A DNA stretch of 64,000 nucleotides, from positions 2,108,001 to 2,172,000 of the forward strand of contig OX597836.1 in the NCBI GenBank assembly GCA_951406725.2. The letters are read 5' to 3'. Numbering within the stretch: the first letter of the stretch is position 1; each line of letters starts with the position of its first letter. Shown in pieces: positions 55,520 through 64,000 of this stretch. A model generated the notes under the pieces. The model made no database searches, was not told the origin of the DNA, and was given only the letters and a program-made list of their open reading frames with translations. A program made the position numbers and the translations under genes. Origin of the DNA: Octopus vulgaris. Taxonomy: Eukaryota.

Positions 55520-55820
55520 TCATCATTCGGATGACATATGGTTCCGACAACATGGTGCCGCATCGCCTACCTCTTGAGGTTCACTCGGATTCCTCCGTGA
55601 CATATTTCCAGGTCATCTTGTTTCGCTGCGAGGTGATCTTGGGTAGCCCTCACGTTCCTCGGCTTTCATCCCGTGTTTTCTTCTATGGGGTCACCTTAAA
55701 TCATGAGTGTATCAACACCGGTCAGCATTCTCGAAGAGTTAAAGGCAGCAATAACTCAAGAAATCAATGTGATTCCATGGGACATGCTGAACTTTCGAAA
55801 GAGAGTTCAAAAGTGCACCT
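55520..55820 (+). mobile_element. Tc1/mariner transposase C-terminal fragment, rosa (DD41D)-like
   Basis: From 55539: WFRQHGAAS...LRDIFPGHLVSLRGDLG*PSRS...FLLWGHLKS*VY, then after a frameshift LEELKAAITQEINVIP. Confidence 0.85.
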
Positions 55821-55975
55821 ACATTGGCGGTCACCACCTAAGGGATGCAATGTAAAAACCTACGTGGCTCACAAAGGCATTTAATGCATTTTATAGAAAT
55901 ACAAAGAATTTTCTTGTGTCTTCATGTGCTTGTTCATTATTAATCTTTGAAATTGAGTTAACCTGTCTGCCGCAA

Positions 55976-56014
<39 letters not shown>

Positions 56015-56753
56015 TTATATATATACTGTTTTGTCTGGGAAGTGTTATTTCCTTTTTGTGCCTTATAATTTAGCACACTCACCGGTAAAATTTACACATC
56101 CTTATTTTAATTTTCCTGAAATTTTCGTTGCGTTTGCAACCTTTTCAATAGTCTTGGCACAACAAGATATGCTTCAACACACGAATTCATATAAAGAATC
56201 TTGGCTACCAAATCCCCAAAACGATATATATACAGATAGAGAAAGAGAGTGGAGGGAACGCGACAAGGTGCTTGAGAGGGGGCAAAATCTATTTGGTGCG
56301 ATCATGCAGGATTAGGTAGGTGTATTTGCTTTGCCCTGAAGTGTAGCAACAAACTAGAGACTTTTCCGTTGGTGTGTTCTTAAAAATACGTTGCTATCAT
56401 AAATAATATTAGGCACGCTGTCCACATATACTGAGGGATATCGTAGTGTGCAATCAATCTATTTCTATAAAAACCATAGCTTTGACATGTCTTAATACTC
56501 ATGGTAGAACAAAGCCTGAGAGCACGTGAGAGTTTATTCCATTTAAGCAAATAAAGAAGATGAAGTTCGGGTGGAAACATGATGTCCGTTTCTGTTAGTA
56601 TTTGTCTTCTCGTAATTTCTAAGTGTCTTCTTCATATAACATTGCGTTGTTGATTAGTAAAATACTTCTGAGGTTTTCATTCAATAAAGAAAGCACGGCT
56701 GCATGTGTGCTGGTACTTGCATATGAATGTATATGTGTGCATCTACCTGTATG

Positions 56754-56858
<105 letters not shown>

Positions 56859-56958
56859 TTATATATATATTAGTTATGTGCTGATATATACATAAGAACA
56901 CAGACATATATATTTGTATAAATAGATAAATATAGATATAATTCATGCTATCCTTGCT

Positions 56959-57096
56959 TAAGAGTGTGAATAACACCTACATTGCTAGAAATAGGAGTTA
57001 AAATGCGACAATATTGTTATAAAACACATGACATATAACAACATTCGAGAATTTCAACTCCTACTTCTGGCAACGTAGGTGTTATTCACACTCTTA
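56959..57096. mobile_element. Foldback/MITE-like element of 138 bp with TA at both ends
   Basis: 46-bp arms TAAGAGTGTGAATAACACCTAC... with 4 mismatches, plus an inner 12-bp inverted pair around a short loop. Confidence 0.85.
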
Positions 57097-57190
57097 GTCA
57101 AATTTAGTTCAGGACTATAAGTTTCCTTTAAGGTACAACGTTGCAAACAGTTTTCTTTATTAATTTATATACATATTTATTGTATATAAG

Positions 57191-57315
<125 letters not shown>

Positions 57316-57372
57316 ATCTATTTATCTATCTAACTACCCATCTATCCATCTGTCAATCTTTCTATCCTCTCA

Positions 57373-57412
57373 TCATTTTCTGATGAAGAGCGCAAGCTGG
57401 AAACCTCAATGA
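57373..57412 (+). ncRNA. Minimal hammerhead-like motif in repeat family F
   Basis: UCAUUUU-CUGAUGA-A-GAGC(GCAA)GCUG-GAAA-CC-UC-AAUGA. Sister copies at 14098-14139 and 29801-29836 read GAGC(GUAG)GCUC. Confidence 0.5.
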
Positions 57413-57525
57413 CTTCTCCATTCTTTCCGAGCGAGAAACTAATACACCTGATTGGTACTCCCTCAGCCTCCTTCCTCTTTTACTTTCTGTAAATTTGAAC
57501 TGTGTGTGTATATGTGTATGCATGC

Positions 57526-57630
<105 letters not shown>

Positions 57631-57684
57631 TACACGTATGTCTATATAATCTGTATGTATCTATATATTTATATATATATAAGA

Positions 57685-57755
<71 letters not shown>

Positions 57756-58615
57756 CGTGCGTATACGATTTATAAGCTGAAGCATGAAACATCTTTATTT
57801 AGATATTTTTTATTACAGCTCTCCGGAGAATTATGAAAAGTGGGACAAACTTCTCTATATAATGAGCAAGGCTTGGTGATTTGACATTGTGTGGCGAAGA
57901 AATACTATTGTGAGATATATTGCATTATTGAGAGGTGTTTGTGCAAAACAATTTGCTCTCTATATTTCGCGTTAAATTTTAAGGATGTGATTGCATACAA
58001 TATTTGCCGTCCGTTCTGTTATTCTATTGGGGGAGTCCTATAGAATAACGTTTTCTCTAAGCTAAATTATAGTGTTGTAGAATGAAATATATTACCAAGA
58101 ATTGATTGTATGCTATTGAATATATGCTATGTCAGCTGTACTCTACGATTTACAAGAGAACGGGATAAAATGATACAAATGGCGAAACTATCGGTCGGAA
58201 TACATTTCAACATTTGTTTTGTCTCTCTGCACTCTGTGTTAAAAATCAACGGTGTATGTACCGTTGAGGTACTTGGTTGTACCCTGTATCTTTGGTGGCT
58301 GTATCAGTGATGACAGTCGGCTGGAGTTGTATCGTTCGTTGCCGCTGGTTTGAACATCATTACTGGCCTGGAGAGATGAAACATTCCTAAATATGCTGCT
58401 GCCAGATTTCCAAAAGAGTCAACCCCCCAGGAAGGTACTAAGAGAAAAAATTTCCGAAGATAGAATCCGTTAGTGGGATTCTGCAGTCGAGGCTGTACAA
58501 ACCTCATGATAATTATGCAGATGATGTGCTTTGTATGTTGTATTATACAGCATTACTTCACCAATGTATTAAATACGAGATATCTATTTTGTGTTAATGA
58601 ATGAATAAGCTTCCT

Positions 58616-59092
58616 TAAGACGGCGAGATGGCAGAAACGTTAGCATGCCGGGCGAAATGCGTAGCCGTATTTCGTTTGCTATTACGTTCTGAGTTCAAAT
58701 TCCGTCGAGGTCGACCTTGCCTTTCATCTTTTCAAGGTCAATAAATGAAGTACCTATCTCTTTATTACCCAGAAGGGGCTAAACACAGAGGGGACAAACA
58801 AGGACATACATAGGTATTAAGTCGATTACAGCGACCCCAGTGCGTAGCTGGTACTTTATTTATCGACCCCGAAAGGACGAAAGGCAAAGTCGACCTCGGC
58901 GGAATTTGAATTCACAACGTAACGGCAGACGAGATACCGCTAAGCATTTCGCCCGGCGTGCTAACGTTTCTGCCAGCTCGCCTAAATCAAGTACCAGTTA
59001 CGCACTTGGGTCGATGTAATCGACTTAATCCGTTTGCCTGTTCTTGTTTGTCCCTTCTCTGTGTTTAGCCCCTTGTGGGTAGTAAAGAAATA
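58616..59092 (+). mobile_element. SINE family A (+) interrupted by an inverted full family A copy (58755-58982, -)
   Basis: Outer TSD GAATGAATAAG(C/G)TTCCT at 58599-58615 and 59093-59109. Inner TSD TAAAT(G/C)AAGTACC at 58742-58754 and 58983-58995. Confidence 0.95.
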
Positions 59093-59879
59093 GAATGAAT
59101 AAGGTTCCTCGTGTAATATTATTTGGAGGTCATTTTATAGACTGTAACATGTATTATAGTTTAGTTTGGGAGTCAGAGGTGACTGGATTAATTGCGCTCC
59201 GTATTTGTTATGATATAGCAATGCAGCAACGCTGCAGAAGTCTACGTGCTGCACAAGACGATATAATTTTTTGAATTGATCGTGTACAACATGCCGTATG
59301 GGAGTCGTATTAAATCATTGAGAGTGTACTGTGTAGATTGTTTTATGTGTGGATTGGTTTTATTGCATTATTGGGATGAAATTGTGCGTGACGTTGTGAG
59401 ACTTGCCTCGGCTTTTATGCTTGGGAATGCGTTTTGTTTTACAATATCCAATGCAGCGATTATGGCTAATATAATATTAATTTCTTAAACTGCACTGTGG
59501 ACATTTTTATCGGAGGTGTTATATGTATGTATTAATATTAATAAGATAATTTCTATATAAAACCATTTATATACTCCAGGTTCTTGCATTTATGGATGCT
59601 TTACAGAGCAAAATATACCGAACTATGTGTAGGTGTGTGCATGGGTTAGTGCTAGAGCGCAAGTGTTTGTATGTGTGTAGTATTATATCCGTGTAAAGAA
59701 AAATATGTTAACCGATTTAATGTTCGATTTTCATATTCACCCACTGCTCATCGGTTCGGATGGGGAACAATGGGCGCATCGGATTTTTCCACCGTTTCTT
59801 ACGATAAATACTACGGCTCTTTCGAATACAAATACTATTACGATGACAACTACTTATTGTTCTGCTGTAACAGCTTGCG

Positions 59880-60290
59880 ATGTTGTTGCTTTGATTTGTT
59901 GTTGTTATTAAGAGCAGTAGTAGTAGTAGTAGTAGTAATAACGGTTGTGGTATTTGCGGTGACGATACCATGAAGAAGATCATAATAACAATGAGAAGAA
60001 GAAGAAGGAGGAGGGGGAGAGAGAGGAGGAGAAAAAGGAGAAGAAGAAGAAGAAGGAGAAGAGGAAGAAAAAGAAGAAGAAGGAGAAGAAGGAGAAGAGG
60101 AGAGGAAAAAGAAGAAGTAGTAGAAGAAGAATGAGAAGTAGAAGGAGAAGAAGGAGAAGAAGAAGAAAAAGAAGAAGGAGGAGGAGGAGAAAGAAGAGGA
60201 GAAGAAAAAGATGTAGGAGAAGGAGGAGGAGGAGGTGGAGTAGAAGATGAAGAATAAGAAGCAGAAGAAGACGATGAAGAAGGGGAAGAA
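59880..60290. repeat. (GTT)n/(GTA)n followed by a long GAA/GGA polypurine tract, probably 5' UTR of the exon below
   Basis: Direct inspection; the polypurine tract spans about 59994-60290. Confidence 0.85.
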
Positions 60291-60384
60291 CACGCAAGAA
60301 CACGTGTAACATTGGATTGAATAACAACAGAGATGACCAGCAAAGCGCGGCTCATAAAATATTCATTAATATCGATAAAGTATT

Positions 60385-60508
60385 ATGCATAAAAATATTG
60401 CAAGCGGTGAGCGCGCAACATTCTGGATTCCCGTAAAACTTATAAATCAGTGCCCAACGCAAACGATGACAACCTCAATGGCGTGCTGGGTTTTATTCTT
60501 CGAGTTTG
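60385..60508 (+). CDS. Candidate first coding exon (MHKNIASGERATFWIPVKLINQCPTQTMTTSMACWVLFFEF, phase-1 intron)
   Basis: ATG-initiated open frame ending at a consensus TTG|GTAAGT donor (GT at 60509), with a hydrophobic end. It lies in about 1.4 kb free of (TA)n and SINEs. No homology recognised. Confidence 0.4.
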
Positions 60509-61068
60509 GTAAGTAAAACTGTATAGACATAAATACACACGAGAATAATACGTTGGCATACGACATTCATATTTACAACTTCATTCTCGTTCCTGGAACG
60601 AAGCGACCACAGGCAATATTTACGTTTATTGTCCAGAAAGAGAATAAACCTGATATTAGAATAACTTTGGATTACAACCGATTAGCTAATCCAAGAAGGT
60701 ATACACGTGAACCTCAAAAGATATCAGCCTAGCAGAAATATGGGATGTATCTAGGAAAAGAATGGTAAAGAAAAACGAAAATATAAAATAAAGGGACAAT
60801 GATTAAATTAGGAACTTCAAGGACACAAATGAGGCAATAAGTCTGATGGCTTTTACGAGTTTCAATTATAAGAGTATAGTCATTGGATTTCGGTCATGCT
60901 GGAGCAAGACTCGGAGTAATTTATAGTCGAACTAATGGATCCGTATACGTTTGTTTAAGCCTTGTAGTTATTCATTTTTCCGAATCGCTACTTGATGAGG
61001 AGGCAGATAAGCCAAACAGCATTTCTCAACCTGTTACGGGGGAAAAATACAAGCACAAAGACACACAC

Positions 61069-61237
61069 GTCTGTCTTTACCTTCTGAGTTCAAGTTCCGT
61101 TGAGGTCGACTTTGCCTTTCATACTTTCGGCGTTGATAAACTAAGTACCAGTGGCGTGCTGGGGTGGATCTAATCGACTGACTCCCCCCCCCATCTCCCA
61201 AAATTTCGGGCCTTGAGCCTAGAGTAGAAAAGATTAT
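61069..61237 (+). mobile_element. 5'-truncated SINE family A with the alternative tail
   Basis: TTCTGAGTTCAAGTTCCGTTGAGGTCGACTTTGCCTTTCATAC... with tail CCCAAAATTTCGGGCCTTGAGCCTAGAGTAGAAAAGATTA. Confidence 0.88.
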
Positions 61238-61431
61238 ATATGTAAGTAAACAACACACCCGACAAGTGATGAACCGTCGTTCTTTCTGTTACCTGCCTTG
61301 TTTTCTATTTGTTTCCCCCGTTTTTCGCATACACAACTTTACCTCGTATTTCATGTTGTTTACGTTTTCTGACTAGCTGTAGCTATATATAAATATATGC
61401 GTGTACGTGTGCACATATATATATGTAAATT

Positions 61432-61502
<71 letters not shown>

Positions 61503-62068
61503 GCATATATATATATATATATATATATATGCATATATATGTATATATATAAATATATGTATATATATATATGTATATATATATCTATCTATCTATCTAT
61601 ATATATATATATATATACACATATATATACATACATACATGTCTATAGAGTATTTGTTCCCAATATGTTTGTTATTGTGAACTTTGCCCCGTATATGATG
61701 TTGGTGTATGTATACATCGTGTACAAGTACGCTATTATGATATTATGAGTACAGCATGATAATTGCGGATGTTTTAGACCATTGTGGTTAGCGACTATTT
61801 AGGAACATAATTAACTATTCAAAGTGTTGACCTCCCAGAAGTAGCATGACCTGTAACAAAATATTGACAGTTGTCATATGAACTGCAAATTACATTCGAA
61901 TTTCTTAATATAGAAACGTAATTTCCAACACAGCGGTTCTGCATATCCCTATATTCACGTCTGGAAATCTTTCACCTTTATTTTGTTATATCAATTCAGC
62001 ACTGAAGCCAAATAACAAAAGCATATGGACAGCAAAACAGAACGAAATGTCTTTTAGAAGCAAATCGA

Positions 62069-62132
<64 letters not shown>

Positions 62133-62689
62133 GTCCTGATTTAATACCAGACAGTGGCTCTCATGGCTTCTGATCTTAACTGATTGGCAGTGTTATCATG
62201 TACATTGTTTTGTCTTGGTATAAAAGATGGGCTATAGCAAATATTCTGCTCAATATCACAGATACCTTACGCACCCCGGATATATATACTTGTGTGATTG
62301 TGTGTGCGTGTGTGTGTGTGTGATTGCTTGTGTGTATGTGCGTATGAGTGTTCATGTCTTCATGTGTTTGGAAATATGCCTATGTCTACAGTGTGTAATC
62401 TCGATGGTTTGCATTGGAAAGTTCAGTCAGGTAACAAATATTAGTACAATACTTATAAATGAGAAAAATAAAACCTTCTCTTATAGATATTAGTATCATT
62501 TTATAAATATTGTGGCCGAAACAACAGTAGTAGTGTATTCTTTTTTCTCTTTCCTTAAGGCGTCGTTTTGTATTAAAATATCATAAAACCAGGTTCTTAT
62601 CAATTTCATGTTCTGCATGAACAAACAATATTTACAATTTAGAAACATACGTGAAGTTAGGTTATCCCAATGATATATATATATATATT

Positions 62690-62962
62690 TATATTTCTCC
62701 AGTTTCATCTCGGAGCTGCGGCCATGCTGATGCACCGCCGTTTTGCTACACTGTTATTACTAAGACCCTCCTCTAATATGCGGCACTTGGTGAAGAATGG
62801 TGTTTGATATAGCTACCCTCATTTGCACCTCTTGCCGTGAGATAGGTTCATCTGGGACTCTCGACAGGAAGAGGTCCAGCTTTGATTTAAAATCCCTTAC
62901 ATCTACTTTGTGCAATTTCCTCAGACTCTTTGGGAGAATATTAAAATGCTGTGGGCCCTTGA
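62690..62962 (-). mobile_element. 3' end (ORF2 C-terminus and 3' UTR) of a CR1/L2-group LINE
   Basis: KGPQHFNILPKSLRKLHKVDVRDFKSKLDLFLSRVPDEP...SNTILHQ, with a stop at about 62760 and a short 3' UTR. Confidence 0.8.
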
Positions 62963-63069
62963 ATATATATATATATATGTACAATTGGATATTTATAGAG
63001 ATCAGTATCATGTTTTCAATATTGGAGCTACGTTTAGAATCACAAATGCAAATTCTCCCCTTTTCTTTC

Positions 63070-63577
63070 ATACATTCAATTTGGGGAGAAATTTTTGATG
63101 AAGTGTAACTCCATTGATTGTCGGTGCTGCGGGTCATCCTGTAAAAGGGAAAGGTCTTGAACTTTGCTTCACCGCATATTTCTAGATGATTGCTCAGTGA
63201 AATTTTGCCAATCCTTTATGTCGGATATGTTGCCTGTAGATTCTTGCAAGTTTGGCAGAGGGAATTATTTGTTTCGCTAATGTAATTTTCTATGCAATTT
63301 TGGCTGGTAAAGCTGTATATGAAGTTCTGCCTTTTGAAGTTCATATGTGAATTTATTTTCAACGAGAATCCGCTCTTGAATTTTATGTGTGAACCATTTT
63401 CTAAGTATTTATAACTGTTATTGTTGTTGCTTGTTCCACATCTCCTATCTCCACATTCTTTTTCAAAGAGTTCTGATTCATTCGCTAATGTGAATTCTGT
63501 TCTTGTGGGGTGGTATTTAAGAATCTTTGGTTGGCGTCTACTATTCTATAAGGGGTTTTTTCAATCAGATTTTTTTC

Positions 63578-63578
<1 letters not shown>
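63070..63578 (-). mobile_element. Penelope-like element GIY-YIG endonuclease remnant
   Basis: SRRQPKILK...CGDRRCG...NFIYSFTSQNCIENYISET (decayed GIY-YIG)...SNHLEICGEAKFKTFPFY...PKLN. Disrupted. Confidence 0.85.
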
Positions 63579-63639
<61 letters not shown>

Positions 63640-64000
63640 ATGTATGCATATATAAATATACATTCAACTATAGATACGCTCATATGTAAAGACAGTTGGG
63701 GTCGGGTTTCAATATGCAAACATGACCCTGTGCGCGAGTTTCTGTGTTCGAGCTCGTGCACGTGTGTATAAATAACGGAGAAGAACATTTGAAACAAGTG
63801 AAGGGGAATTAAGAATAGTTTTTCCTTACAAATCCCTCTATCGTTTAATAGCCAACTGAACACCAATAATAGACAAAGCTTAATGGATTCAAACAGCAGT
63901 CGAAAAACGAAAGAAACCTGAAAACCAGGAATTCACATGAATCTCTTATGCACTACTATTCCTGAAGATGTTACAGGATACCAGAATTTTTTAAATCAGA

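Noticed and set aside
55444-55884. 146-aa plus-strand ORF
   Set aside because: It is an off-frame reading of the decayed rosa-like transposase fragment.

Overview
This is eukaryotic, very AT-rich, microsatellite-saturated non-coding DNA. The (TA)n/(CA)n/(GATA)n/(TAA)n density and the tRNA-derived SINE families resemble an Octopus (coleoid cephalopod) genome; that assignment is inference from recalled repeat types, not from a search. No intact protein-coding gene, rRNA, tRNA or CRISPR array is identifiable, and nearly all supplied ORFs are microsatellite translations. Supported content is decayed mobile DNA: at least five SINE families, three Tc1/mariner lineages (mariner DD34D with TIRs, maT-like, rosa-like), a 5'-truncated R4/Dong-type LINE next to (TAA)n, and CR1/L2-like, RTE-like and Penelope (GIY-YIG) remnants. 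A few splice-signal-bounded exon candidates exist; the best is a + strand first coding exon at 60385-60508. The most notable hidden structures are: (1) about eight type-I hammerhead-ribozyme motifs inside otherwise anonymous repeats, one near-intact at 21394-21484 and one U3-A8 covariant at 6692-6727; (2) a 178-bp LTR element with TG..CA ends, a tRNA-Ser PBS and a perfect 5-bp TSD; (3) a SINE repeatedly inserted into copies of itself at GGTAYTTC, including an inverted nest with two TSD pairs; (4) a SINE sharing its 3' end with a LINE in the same window.
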